IMG/VR virus record: IMGVR_UViG_2928595623_000002
Span: 1 to 64,000 of that record
From: a virus
Lineage: Duplodnaviria > Caudoviricetes
Reading direction: 5' to 3' (one strand)
DNA: 64,000 nucleotides
Positions 1-9,062 of the stretch are shown one piece after another; position 1 is the stretch's first letter, and each line of letters opens with the position of its first letter. The position numbers were made by a program, and so were the translations under genes. The notes beneath the pieces were generated by a model that was not told where the DNA came from, searched no databases, and was given only the letters and a program-made list of their open reading frames with translations.

Positions 1-1119
1 TCAAGTCTTTTTCTTCGAGATTTCCACCTGTTTGCGGTTAGGGGGAATTTGGTTCGGGGCAGCGGTCCGGGGTTTTATGGCCTCTAATTGTTCCGCAACG
101 ACGCGCGAATTCTTCACCCCAAGCCGGGCCCGATCGGCGCCCCTGGTATATACTTCGGCCTGCTGAACATTCGACCAGCCGTATTGAGCCATCAATTCAT
201 GAGTCGTCGCGCCACCATTGGCAGCAAGCGTGGCAGAAAGCTTGCGCAGGCCGTGAGCGCTCTTTTCTACGCCGGCCTTTCGGCAGCAATCGCCAAACCA
301 ATTCCCGAACGACTCTTTCGATGTGAACGGTTTGCCAAGCGAGCTTTCAAGGAAATGGAGCCCGCTGCGTTTCGTCGCTGCGATCGCTTCCATGACCCGC
401 GGCGGCAACTCAACCGTGATGGCCGCTTTGGTCTTCTCCGTCACCATTGAAAACACATTGCCGGACAGATGCTGGCGACCGGCCCTGAAAACGTCACTGC
501 GACGAATGCCGGAATGAACCAATAGCTCGAACGCAAGCCTCGGCATTGTCCCAACTGGCCAGTGTTCGCAAAATGCCTCTACATCGGAAGCCGTCCAGAC
601 AGGAAATCCTTTCGTCTTGTGCTTCAAGCGATCGACATTAGCTGTCGGATCTTCTCGAACCATCTCGTTGCGCAGTGCCCACTTGAACAGGCCCTTCATC
701 GCCTTAAGGAAGTTGTTAGCCAGTGCCGGCGTTCCCTTTCGGTCCTCAAGCGCGTTCATGATGCTCTTGCGCGTGATATTCCGGTAATCTTCGTTCCCGG
801 CCTTCTCTATCACCTGCTTGAAAAACAACCCGTGCTGTTTTCTTGTCGCTGTCGAGTACGCCGCCCAAGCGGAACTTTCCATGTAGCGCTCAATAAGCCA
901 GCGGACAGATTTCGGCGCCGCTTTCGGCCCCTCGTCCTTTTCAAACCGTTCGCCTTTCATGGCGGCTTGATAGGCCTTATTGAACTCTGCAGTCCCTGGG
1001 ACGCCATTAAGCCTCGTCCGCTCTCCCTTCCCGATACGGAAATAGAAGATCACCTTCCCGTGACGGGTTCGTTCCTTGACGACGTAGAGAGGGAGTTTGC
1101 GCGGCATGCTGCCATTCAT
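1..1119 (-). CDS. int: Tyrosine recombinase / phage integrase
   Basis: Motifs SGIRRSD (R), HGLRK (HxxR), YGW, EVYT (catalytic Y). Confidence 0.95.
   Translation of the reverse strand: MNGSMPRKLPLYVVKERTRHGKVIFYFRIGKGERTRLNGVPGTAEFNKAYQAAMKGERFEKDEGPKAAPKSVRWLIERYMESSAWAAYSTATRKQHGLFFKQVIEKAGNEDYRNITRKSIMNALEDRKGTPALANNFLKAMKGLFKWALRNEMVREDPTANVDRLKHKTKGFPVWTASDVEAFCEHWPVGTMPRLAFELLVHSGIRRSDVFRAGRQHLSGNVFSMVTEKTKAAITVELPPRVMEAIAATKRSGLHFLESSLGKPFTSKESFGNWFGDCCRKAGVEKSAHGLRKLSATLAANGGATTHELMAQYGWSNVQQAEVYTRGADRARLGVKNSRVVAEQLEAIKPRTAAPNQIPPNRKQVEISKKKT
36..72. repeat. Putative integrase arm-type sites (left)
   Basis: GGTTAGGGG, GGTTCGGGGC, GGTCCGGGG; similar motifs at 52307 and 52371 next to attR. 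Confidence 0.55.
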
Positions 1120-1292
1120 AGGCGAACATCCTTGCCCTTTGGTACTTCATACGAGCTGTGGATATCTTGGATAGCGGGCATAAAGCGCCATTTTGTTCCG
1201 TCGCGCTCGATTTCAACGATGACGTTCTCAGACTTGGCCAGATCGACCGCCCGCTTGATATCGCTCTTCTTGATCGCGTTGGGTGCTGTCAT
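1116..1292 (-). CDS. Putative excisionase-like small protein
   Basis: Small ORF overlapping the int start; positional inference. Confidence 0.55.
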   Translation of the reverse strand: MTAPNAIKKSDIKRAVDLAKSENVIVEIERDGTKWRFMPAIQDIHSSYEVPKGKDVRL

Positions 1293-1480
1293 GGCGTCAC
1301 CTTCGGCATTGGTACGCATGTTGCCATATCAACCCATGAACTTCTCACGCTCAAATGCTCCATGCTAGCGCGTGCTGAGACATAAGCGGCCTTGCAGTCG
1401 TCTATTGTCGGATAGCCTTGGATGATCTGGCTTGTCGTTCCTTGAAACGTAGAAAAAATCAGGATAAGCGCGTATTTCAT
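1289..1480 (-). CDS. Hypothetical phage protein
   Basis: ATGA-coupled ORF with AAGGTGA RBS. Confidence 0.6.
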   Translation of the reverse strand: MKYALILIFSTFQGTTSQIIQGYPTIDDCKAAYVSARASMEHLSVRSSWVDMATCVPMPKVTP

Positions 1481-1926
1481 GGCGTCACCTTTGCGCGGAT
1501 TGCGGCTGCGATCTCGGTGTTACTATGTGCCAGTGGCGCGTTTTCAACGATCTGCGCCGCTTCTTTAAATGCTTGCCTCCTGCCGAAATCAATTCCGCAA
1601 TTTGCGTGGTTATCTATTCCCAAAATGATGCGCTTGTAGAACGCCTCGTCTGTTGTGTTCTCATCTCCAAGTCCACATCCCAGGTAAGATGAAATAGCAC
1701 TCAGGATGTCCAAAGAATCATTCCCTGTCTCTCGTTGCCTGTACTGGTCAGCAATCCGCGCAGCTTCCTCGAAAGCCTCTCTCACCGCATAACGCAGCGC
1801 TTCCATAACCATGTCATGCGCGTATTTGTTGACTGCGCTTGTGCAGGTCGACCCGTCTTCGGGATCAACGGCATTATCGAATGCAAGGCGGGCAATGCGA
1901 TCGATCGTTTCGTTGATGTCGGTCAT
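1477..1926 (-). CDS. Hypothetical phage protein
   Basis: ATGA-coupled ORF; repeated EEAARIA/KEAAQIV motif. Confidence 0.7.
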   Translation of the reverse strand: MTDINETIDRIARLAFDNAVDPEDGSTCTSAVNKYAHDMVMEALRYAVREAFEEAARIADQYRQRETGNDSLDILSAISSYLGCGLGDENTTDEAFYKRIILGIDNHANCGIDFGRRQAFKEAAQIVENAPLAHSNTEIAAAIRAKVTP

Positions 1927-2405
1927 GGCGTCACCTTTGCAAGGAATGCAGCAGCGGCACGAAGATCGCCAATTGTAAAATCAGTGCAATATCCTCCGAT
2001 ACAATGGCTATCAGTAAGCATTTTGAATTCTGCTAAGTCTATAATATCACTTTCGCCGAATGGTCTGATCAATTCAACGGCTTCCCGAAGTTTGGTTTCC
2101 GCCGTATTGCGCTCCCTGGCATTTTCGATTGCCTTTTTGCGCATGGCGTCTATTTCAATGCGGGCATCGGCTAGGGCCTTTTCGGCGGCTGTCTTTGCCT
2201 TGGCGTATTTAACAGAAACTCGACGAACAGCGTCCGCCGTGATGCGCAGTTCTTCCCGCTCTTTCTCCGCCTGCTCAAGGCGAGAGCGGAGGGCGGTGAT
2301 TTCGTTTGCCGCTTCGCGAAGTTCAAGACCAAGTGGGATGTCTGACCCATCTGGCCTTTTGCAAGCATCTGCGATCATTGTGAGCCGTTCCACGATGTCA
2401 CTCAT
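1923..2405 (-). CDS. Hypothetical coiled-coil phage protein
   Basis: Start MSDIVERL, EAANEITALR motif, GGAGG RBS. Confidence 0.7.
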   Translation of the reverse strand: MSDIVERLTMIADACKRPDGSDIPLGLELREAANEITALRSRLEQAEKEREELRITADAVRRVSVKYAKAKTAAEKALADARIEIDAMRKKAIENARERNTAETKLREAVELIRPFGESDIIDLAEFKMLTDSHCIGGYCTDFTIGDLRAAAAFLAKVTP

Positions 2406-3132
2406 GGTCGCCTCCATTGAGAGCGGCGCGGCCAAGATCGCTGATGGTGTCATATTCTGACATGCCGCGGTAATTCTCTTCATCGTCGCATTCGCGTTTG
2501 AGATAGCCTTTGCTGCGCAGGCTTATGATTGCGTTGCCAACAAAGGCACCGTCGCCCTTCGTAAACCATGCCGCGTCGCCATCCTGTGAAAAGCGGATGG
2601 TGTCTCCGGCGGCAAGGCGCTTCAGGATTTCCGTCTCGTCGTCAACGATTGGGCGCAATATATGCTTCTTAGGCGTAGCCAGTTCCATAGCTTCCCGCAG
2701 CCGCTTGTTCTCCGCCTTGAGGTCGGTGATGTCGTCGGATGGCTGTGGATCGTTCATAAGCGCGCTTTCAACGCGCGCGGCCTGCTCAGTCGTCGGGAAA
2801 CTCAAAACGATCTGACCCGGAATAAGCCTGTCTTTGGGGATGCCTTCCCTTTCTGCTGACGCTCCCAATTCTCCCGGCATTTTTGCCTCGGTGATAAAAA
2901 CAGCGCCACGGGTTCCGTAAGTGCCTTTGGCAACCACAACCTTTCCTTCTCCAAAGCAGAGAATAGTTGCAATCTTCTGTTCCGGTGCGGCGGCAAGCAT
3001 GGCTTTATAATATCTCCGCATATAGGCATGCGTTCTTGCGCGCATTTCCTTGCTTTCGCCTGTGAGTTTCCAATAGGCGTCTAGCATCTCTTCAGTCGGC
3101 TCCAGTGGAACCATCTTCCATGCGTCAGTCAT
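2398..3132 (-). CDS. Hypothetical phage protein
   Basis: WKMVPLEPTEEML motif common in phage early genes. Confidence 0.7.
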   Translation of the reverse strand: MTDAWKMVPLEPTEEMLDAYWKLTGESKEMRARTHAYMRRYYKAMLAAAPEQKIATILCFGEGKVVVAKGTYGTRGAVFITEAKMPGELGASAEREGIPKDRLIPGQIVLSFPTTEQAARVESALMNDPQPSDDITDLKAENKRLREAMELATPKKHILRPIVDDETEILKRLAAGDTIRFSQDGDAAWFTKGDGAFVGNAIISLRSKGYLKRECDDEENYRGMSEYDTISDLGRAALNGGDHE

Positions 3133-3395
3133 CGCCTTGCATCCATCTGGTAACTTGTTTCTGTTTTACCGAGCCCAAAGCCGGCGGATGTTCCGATCAC
3201 TGCCAGCGCAAGCACCGTCCAAAGTACGCCGATGAATGCCGTGTGCATCTGATGGCGCCATTCCGCGATCGCTGCTTGCTTGATCGAAGTTGCCGTTTCA
3301 GACAGCGCCTTAGACGGACAGCGGCGGCAGGTTTCTCCGCCGTCACCTGCACATCCTCCAGCACCGTAGCGCGTGCAATTCGTAGCGTGTGTCAT
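3129..3395 (-). CDS. Hypothetical Cys-rich membrane protein
   Basis: Coupled ORF with one hydrophobic helix. Confidence 0.5.
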   Translation of the reverse strand: MTHATNCTRYGAGGCAGDGGETCRRCPSKALSETATSIKQAAIAEWRHQMHTAFIGVLWTVLALAVIGTSAGFGLGKTETSYQMDARR

Positions 3396-3574
3396 GCTTC
3401 ACCGCCTTTTCCTGCCATGGCATCAAGCTCTTTAAGAGCCAGTTCAATGCCTCTGTTGACGATCTCTGTATACGATATCCTATAAGGCCCAATTGTAGAC
3501 GCGCGCTCCAATGTGTCCCGCTGCTCGTCTGTTAGCCTAATAGTGAGTGTTTTCTTCTTCTCTTTGGTTCTCAT
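3392..3574 (-). CDS. Ribbon-helix-helix (Arc/CopG-like) DNA-binding protein
   Basis: KTLTIRLTDEQ beta-ribbon followed by two helices. Confidence 0.65.
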   Translation of the reverse strand: MRTKEKKKTLTIRLTDEQRDTLERASTIGPYRISYTEIVNRGIELALKELDAMAGKGGEA

Positions 3575-3852
3575 TCGTCACCTTTGTTAGGTGGAAGTGG
3601 CTTCCATTCGGACGGCTTTATAGACGCGATGCCATCGGCGTTGCTTCCCCAGCAGACGCCGTCATGCCAGCAGTCTGGCGGCTCTTGATCTTCAACGATC
3701 ACCCAGCAACAGCAGTTGTTGCCGTCTTCATCGAAAAACCCGTGTGTCCAAGCGATGACATAATCAGAACCGTATCCAGGTATCTTTGCCTGAATTGGCG
3801 TGCCATCTCTCGGCGCCGTTTCGATCGGCTGCCATGCGCTTGCGTCAGTCAT
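3571..3852 (-). CDS. DUF551-like phage protein
   Basis: WQPIETAPRDG ... WKPLP motifs. Confidence 0.75.
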   Translation of the reverse strand: MTDASAWQPIETAPRDGTPIQAKIPGYGSDYVIAWTHGFFDEDGNNCCCWVIVEDQEPPDCWHDGVCWGSNADGIASIKPSEWKPLPPNKGDE

Positions 3853-3862
3853 TTCCTCGTCC

Positions 3863-3928
3863 TTTTCGTATGTATGGTTGAACTTGTATCGTATATATGA
3901 TATTCAGTCAATATCGTACATACGAAAA
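3863..3928. promoter_or_regulatory. Divergent promoter region with three palindromic TCGTAYRTAYG boxes
   Basis: tcgtatgtatgg 3866, tcgtatatatga 3889, tcgtacatacga 3914. Confidence 0.6.
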
Positions 3929-3973
3929 AGGTGAAACTTGACTCAGGCAAAAGACTCCGCTTTATCTCGGCGC

Positions 3974-4138
3974 ATGGGACGCAAGAAACAATTTCAGAGC
4001 CGCATCACGCTTCCGTTGACTGACGAGATGATCAAGCGGATCGATCAAGTTCGCGGTGAAGACGAAGACCGCGTTACCATGATCAGGTCTGCCATCGACG
4101 CTGAACTAGAGCGCCGTGAAAAGGCCGATAAGAAGTAA
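3974..4138 (+). CDS. Ribbon-helix-helix regulator, opposite to the operon
   Basis: MGRKKQFQSRITLPL...MIRSAIDAEL RHH pattern. Confidence 0.7.
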   Translation: MGRKKQFQSRITLPLTDEMIKRIDQVRGEDEDRVTMIRSAIDAELERREKADKK

Positions 4139-4333
4139 TCAGCGGTTCTCATCCCATCGCACATAGAACGACAGCCCGTCCTCGTTTGCCTTGATGTGGA
4201 ACACCGTTTCACCCTGCATGCACAGCGTCTTTGCAAGTCGCTCCCATGAAATGAAGCCGGTGGTGCCAGTTGGCGCGCTATCGACCACAAGCGCCCGTTG
4301 GCCTTCTTGAATTGCGATGTTCATGCTTTTCAT
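4139..4333 (-). CDS. Hypothetical phage protein
   Basis: ORF with GAGG RBS. Confidence 0.55.
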   Translation of the reverse strand: MKSMNIAIQEGQRALVVDSAPTGTTGFISWERLAKTLCMQGETVFHIKANEDGLSFYVRWDENR

Positions 4334-4378
4334 TCCACCACCTCATAAAGTGACCGTCGCGCCGGCAATGGCAGCTTC

Positions 4379-4690
4379 TCAGGTCGTGGCTTTTTTCGCA
4401 AACCCGGCTGACTTGATCTCGCCTTTCGGACGGATCGCTCCGCTGTTCTTGTCTCTTTGCCGATCGGCCTTGCGGATGCGTCGAACATCGTCTGCCGATT
4501 TGCTCTTATGGCATACTTTGCATATGACTTGGCAGTTATCCAATGAGCTATCTCCGCCAAGAGCTAGTGGCGTGATATGGTCATACTCCGCTTCACATGG
4601 CTTCAATTTCGCTCTGCAGGCTTCACAATATCCTTTGCATTTGGCGAAGGATAACGCTCTTATTTTTCTGCTAAACTCTACTCTTTTCAT
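4379..4690 (-). CDS. HNH endonuclease (zinc-finger type)
   Basis: CEAC...EYDHITPLALGG...NCQVICKVCH. Confidence 0.9.
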   Translation of the reverse strand: MKRVEFSRKIRALSFAKCKGYCEACRAKLKPCEAEYDHITPLALGGDSSLDNCQVICKVCHKSKSADDVRRIRKADRQRDKNSGAIRPKGEIKSAGFAKKATT

Positions 4691-5220
4691 TCTACGTGCT
4701 TCCATGAGGCACGTTTTTTTATGTCATCAATTGTTGACCTGGAAACACCGTAGGTCCGTGCGATTTGCAATGATGTCATGTTTTTTATAAGCTCAGATTT
4801 TATTAACCTTACGTCCTCCTCCTTTAGCTTCGACCATGATATTTGCTCCCCTTGGATGTGAGTTCCATGCATTATTTTGTCACGCCTATTATCTTTTGGC
4901 GTCTTCCATGAAATGTGGTTTGGGTTGCAACATAAACTATTTCCGCAGCTATGAGCAGCTTCGAGCTTATTGTTAATGGGCTCACCATTTGAAAGTATGC
5001 AAACTACCCTATTTGTCGTCGTCCTCTTACCTCTCCAAAATATCTGTCCATATCCATTTTCTCTTTTCGAGAAAGGCCAATTTATGCAGTCGTCATGGCT
5101 CGTGCTTTCTGCTATATGCGCAAGCCATTTGAAGTTTTTTGATGATGCTCTTGGCATGCTAATGTTATGAGTCATTATCGCAGACTTTGTCTTGCGGCTG
5201 AATTCAAGGCGAGGGGCCAT
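4687..5220 (-). CDS. HNH homing endonuclease with C-terminal HTH
   Basis: CINWP..GYG..AAHSCGNSLCCNPNH..N; C-terminal IARTYGVSRSTI; AT-rich. Confidence 0.85.
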   Translation of the reverse strand: MAPRLEFSRKTKSAIMTHNISMPRASSKNFKWLAHIAESTSHDDCINWPFSKRENGYGQIFWRGKRTTTNRVVCILSNGEPINNKLEAAHSCGNSLCCNPNHISWKTPKDNRRDKIMHGTHIQGEQISWSKLKEEDVRLIKSELIKNMTSLQIARTYGVSRSTIDDIKKRASWKHVE

Positions 5221-5521
5221 CACGCTCACCTTCCGGCAACAGTGATTTCAGGAACTCGACTTCGGCAAGAGCGGCTTTGCGGAATGATTCAATGTTACCG
5301 TTTTCTAATTCGTCTTCAGCGTCGTGGTATGGAGTTTTTGCGCAAAGCCTCGTCCCTGTATTTTTTGCTACTGGGCATCCTTTGCAATCGTCTAACCAGA
5401 ACATATTACAAAGTGGGCAATTAATGACGCCCAACTTCGCGTCTTCCATCTTCTCCACTTTCGCATTCCGCTCCCAATTAGCAATTGAAGCCTTCAGAGC
5501 CTCAAGCGTTCTTTCGTCCAT
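5204..5521 (-). CDS. Hypothetical Cys-rich protein
   Basis: CPLC...CKGCP...C motif. Confidence 0.65.
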   Translation of the reverse strand: MDERTLEALKASIANWERNAKVEKMEDAKLGVINCPLCNMFWLDDCKGCPVAKNTGTRLCAKTPYHDAEDELENGNIESFRKAALAEVEFLKSLLPEGERDGPSP

Positions 5522-5522
5522 C

Positions 5523-5768
5523 TCACACCCCCATTCCCATGAATGCCGATATCGGCAGTATGGCTGCCAGCGTTTCGCTCTGTGACGCGGTGCGGTCCTG
5601 CGTCCAGCCGACCTGATCACGGATCTTGTTCAAGCGATCCATCGCGCGGGCAATTTGGATTTCCTGTCGCAGCAAATCGGTCGTCAGGTCGCGTATGCGG
5701 CGCTGTTCGATCGACGCGGATGACTGGCGGCGTGTGTGGGCTTTGACGTGCGTCATGGTGTCACCCAC
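5523..5768 (-). CDS. Hypothetical phage protein
   Basis: THVKAHTRR motif; operon position. Confidence 0.55.
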   Translation of the reverse strand: MGDTMTHVKAHTRRQSSASIEQRRIRDLTTDLLRQEIQIARAMDRLNKIRDQVGWTQDRTASQSETLAAILPISAFMGMGV

Positions 5769-5961
5769 GCTCCTGCATGATAACGCTTATAGCGAATGGC
5801 CAAGCTATAGCCGAAAGCACAGACGCAAAGACCTTCTTTTCTTCGCACGCGCTAGGGTACTGAGGTGTGCTGCACCAGGTTCGATGCCAAACGAGCCCAA
5901 ATGTAAAGATTGCGCCGATAGCGTAGACAGCAGCGGCGAACCATACGACCAACGTTTTCAT
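5761..5961 (-). CDS. Small membrane protein
   Basis: Two hydrophobic segments. Confidence 0.6.
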   Translation of the reverse strand: MKTLVVWFAAAVYAIGAIFTFGLVWHRTWCSTPQYPSACEEKKVFASVLSAIAWPFAISVIMQERG

Positions 5962-6323
5962 GCCTTCACCTTCCTCGCCTCAAGCATGGCGTCTGCTGCC
6001 TCGTAAACAATCTGAGCCGCCTGTACTGCCGCATCAGCAGTCGTCCATTCACCGCGGTCGTCATGCGCAGACATGAGCCCAGTCAGAGCAGCCATTGCGA
6101 ACTGGTCGCGGATGGTGAGCGTGTCGGTGTCTCGCGGGATTTGTGTATTGGTTACATCGACAAGCTCAAGATCGCGGTCACTCCAACGACAATCGTAACA
6201 GCCAATATTGTCACCTTTATCCCATCTTACAGCATAGTAAAAACCGAAATCAATCGCTGTGATAACCCCTAGCCGACCATCTGCCTTGAGCCTAACCCTA
6301 TCACCAACCTTAAACTTGCTCAT
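5958..6323 (-). CDS. Hypothetical phage protein (SH3-like N-terminus)
   Basis: KFKVGDRV and TIRDQFAMAAL...YEAADAMLEAR motifs. Confidence 0.75.
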   Translation of the reverse strand: MSKFKVGDRVRLKADGRLGVITAIDFGFYYAVRWDKGDNIGCYDCRWSDRDLELVDVTNTQIPRDTDTLTIRDQFAMAALTGLMSAHDDRGEWTTADAAVQAAQIVYEAADAMLEARKVKA

Positions 6324-6697
6324 GCTGTCATCTCCTTCTCTTCAAGCGCTTGGAATAGTGCTCGCAGGATTGCTAAAGGTAGCGTTGGCCCAAAACATTC
6401 TATAATTTTTGAATGGAATGACTCAGACAGCCCAGCTGAAAACGCCCCGGCGTCGCGCCCAAATCCCCAGTCGTACCCAGGCAGCATGCGCTCTACAAGA
6501 GCAACGCAAGCGTCTATGCTTGCCGTGTATGCAGGTATCTCTTTTTCGAGCAAAGAGCCTTTTGCGAACGGTGGCCATCTGTCAGTCTTGACCCATGGAT
6601 ATGGGATGTCGAGAGCATCTGCAATTCTCCAATCCAGTTCGCGATCCGGCCCTGTAGCTTCACGCAGCTTGTCGATGATGTATGTGTATCTGCTCAT
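6320..6697 (-). CDS. Hypothetical phage protein (ABA-sandwich-like)
   Basis: GPDRELD...PAYTASIDAC...PLAILRAL motif. Confidence 0.7.
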   Translation of the reverse strand: MSRYTYIIDKLREATGPDRELDWRIADALDIPYPWVKTDRWPPFAKGSLLEKEIPAYTASIDACVALVERMLPGYDWGFGRDAGAFSAGLSESFHSKIIECFGPTLPLAILRALFQALEEKEMTA

Positions 6698-7137
6698 GCT
6701 GCCATCTCCTCACTGAGAAAAGCGAGCGGGTCATATCCGACTGCATCGGACAATGTCGCCATAGCTCGCGTCATGTATGCGTTGAATTCTTCTGGGCTCA
6801 TGCGATCTAGTGCTGCGCTATCAGGTACAAGTGTGATCTCACCTGTCCGCATGTTCACGGCCTGCTCGCAGTAGCCCAGCGTTATCTTTAGGTCGCGGTG
6901 CAGGTTCTCTGCCGTTGACCATTTACCTGTTGTCCTTACGACCAGACCAAGCGCCTTCCAGTATGTCCGCAGCTGCTTGCTTGAACGCTTCGACGTTGGC
7001 GTGATCTCGTAAATCGATCCCTGCGCAAGGCGTGCCATCTTTTCCGCGTCATCCGGCGTCAAAGGCCTTAGACCTCGTGGCGTCATTTGCACCTGGATAA
7101 GCGGCGGCTTCTCTTTCTTGCGCATGGCGGCCATCAA
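6694..7137 (-). CDS. NinB/DUF1367-like recombination accessory protein
   Basis: KRSSKQLRTYW...LH..LK...MSPEEFNAY; adjacent to ssb. Confidence 0.65.
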   Translation of the reverse strand: MMAAMRKKEKPPLIQVQMTPRGLRPLTPDDAEKMARLAQGSIYEITPTSKRSSKQLRTYWKALGLVVRTTGKWSTAENLHRDLKITLGYCEQAVNMRTGEITLVPDSAALDRMSPEEFNAYMTRAMATLSDAVGYDPLAFLSEEMAA

Positions 7138-7559
7138 AACGGAATATCGTCGTCCATATCGTCATACGACGACGCAGGAGCCTGTGAGCGCGTTTTCTGC
7201 TTTCCGCTATCGCGCGCACTGTAATCATCGCGATCGCTTTCACGGTCGCTCTTTGTGCCGCCTTGGAACGTGATATCGTCAACGACAATACCGAGATACG
7301 CGTTCCCATCATGCGACCGCACGGTCGGGCGCCCATGCAGCGTAACCTTCGTCCCTTTCGTGATATGGCGCTCGAGCGCTTCCCCGCGCTTTCCCCATAC
7401 CGCGGCATCAACCCACAAAGGAGGGCGATCGTTGCCTGTGTTTTTGTCCTTGCCGTTATTCACGGCGACAGAGAACCCTAGGACCGGGTCCCCACCTTGT
7501 GTACGCCTCAGTACCGCGTCTTTGCCAACCGTGCCGGCGATGATAAGCAATTGCATCAA
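7134..7559 (-). CDS. ssb: Single-stranded DNA-binding protein
   Basis: OB-fold motifs and DDDIPF C-terminus. Confidence 0.95.
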   Translation of the reverse strand: MMQLLIIAGTVGKDAVLRRTQGGDPVLGFSVAVNNGKDKNTGNDRPPLWVDAAVWGKRGEALERHITKGTKVTLHGRPTVRSHDGNAYLGIVVDDITFQGGTKSDRESDRDDYSARDSGKQKTRSQAPASSYDDMDDDIPF

Positions 7560-8179
7560 GCAACTTCCTTCTGTGTGATTACCTGTTTCCGTGCTGCAAA
7601 TGCAGCCAAGACTTCTGCATGAAGCTTCTTATCTGCACGCTCGATATCGCCGATGCACCGTTCTTCATGCTTGTACAGCGTCTTCAATGATGCGCCATCG
7701 TATTGAAGCTCGATTGAGTTCTTGATGCGGTCTGCTGCCGCCTGCGCGTTGAATGGCGGAATGTGTGGATCGGCCTTCGAGTAATCGACGCTCTCAGTGT
7801 CAGGGTCATCGCCAGTCTCAAGGCCAAGGGCTTTCAACAGCGCGTACTTGACCGCATATGACATCGCCTTACCAGGCCCCTTGTCTTGCGTGTCGATGCC
7901 ATACCCAAACGTCGGAACGTCGAAGAAGTCTGACGGCTCGTCAATATTGACAAACCGAACTGTAAGCGAGCATTCGGCGCGATTACCGTTGTGGGTGTGT
8001 TCGCAGCGCACCGGATAGTAAACGATGCCGTGCTTAAGAAGGACCGGGCGAACCTTTGCAGTGACCGCATCGTGCGACACGATCGTATAGTTCATCCCCT
8101 GCTTCTTTTCCTTCTGGATGTAGTCTACATCACCCATTGCCATAGCAAGGCGCTGGTGAACGTTCTTTGCGCTGGACAT
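7556..8179 (-). CDS. ERF-family single-strand annealing protein
   Basis: DKGPGKAMSYAVKYALLKALGL.TGDDPD motif. Confidence 0.9.
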   Translation of the reverse strand: MSSAKNVHQRLAMAMGDVDYIQKEKKQGMNYTIVSHDAVTAKVRPVLLKHGIVYYPVRCEHTHNGNRAECSLTVRFVNIDEPSDFFDVPTFGYGIDTQDKGPGKAMSYAVKYALLKALGLETGDDPDTESVDYSKADPHIPPFNAQAAADRIKNSIELQYDGASLKTLYKHEERCIGDIERADKKLHAEVLAAFAARKQVITQKEVA

Positions 8180-8862
8180 TATGCAGCCTCCCCAAATGCG
8201 AGTCTCATCTTGCGGTGAACAGCGCGGACGCGTTCGACGTCCTGCCGGCAGTACGCCGCTATTTCATCGTGACGGCCTTCCGCGAACATCTTTCCAACCA
8301 TAGAGCCGTCAATGTCGCCCTTGCCTTCAATGCCAAGCGCACGGCAAAGGTTATCCAGGCTGATCGTGTCACGCGCTCCGGCCCATGCTGTCATGGTATC
8401 GAATACGTTCGCATCCCATGGCTTAGGATCACGCGGAAGCCACGACGGCGCACGGATGCCAAGGACAATGCAGCGCTGCCAGATGAAGCGGATGTCGAAG
8501 CCGACGACGTAGTGCCCTACGATCTTAGTGGCTCTGTATTGGTCTATGTATTGGTCAACGGAACAGAAGAAATTGGTTATGATATCAGCCTCATTTTCAG
8601 GAGAAAATTCAGTCATGCTGAATGAGCCCGTTGAAAGATTATCAACAGCCCAGCCAATGCAGCAGATATGACCGAGCGCACCGTTCAGTGCCGTCTTCGC
8701 AATAGCTTCTTCGACAGCCGCCGGCTTCTGTTCAGCTTCCCAAGCTGCGATCGTGTCAGCTTTCTTCATGGATGCAGGCGGCTTGACGCTGTCTGCGATC
8801 TGCTGGCGAACTGCTTCGGACTGTGCCGGGATGCTCTCAATATCGAGGTATAGCGTCGTCAT
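8179..8862 (-). CDS. DEDD 3'-5' exonuclease (RNase H-like)
   Basis: LYLDIES, GH...FDIRFI, YCRQDV. Confidence 0.85.
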   Translation of the reverse strand: MTTLYLDIESIPAQSEAVRQQIADSVKPPASMKKADTIAAWEAEQKPAAVEEAIAKTALNGALGHICCIGWAVDNLSTGSFSMTEFSPENEADIITNFFCSVDQYIDQYRATKIVGHYVVGFDIRFIWQRCIVLGIRAPSWLPRDPKPWDANVFDTMTAWAGARDTISLDNLCRALGIEGKGDIDGSMVGKMFAEGRHDEIAAYCRQDVERVRAVHRKMRLAFGEAA

Positions 8863-9062
8863 GCCGCGATCTCCTGTTCGCAATCCTTCACGCACAACGA
8901 GGCGCGCATTTCGTAATCTTCTGCCCGCTCAATGTGCCGGCGGCTTTCTGCCATGAGATATGTGGCGCGCTTGGTATCTGATGTACGCGCTTCATCCGCG
9001 CATTCTGCAGCAAGCTTGCGTGCCGACTTAGCGCCGTTGATGAACTGGTCGTACATGATCAC
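8859..9062 (-). CDS. Hypothetical phage protein
   Basis: Coupled ORF in early-left operon. Confidence 0.55.
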   Translation of the reverse strand: MIMYDQFINGAKSARKLAAECADEARTSDTKRATYLMAESRRHIERAEDYEMRASLCVKDCEQEIAA

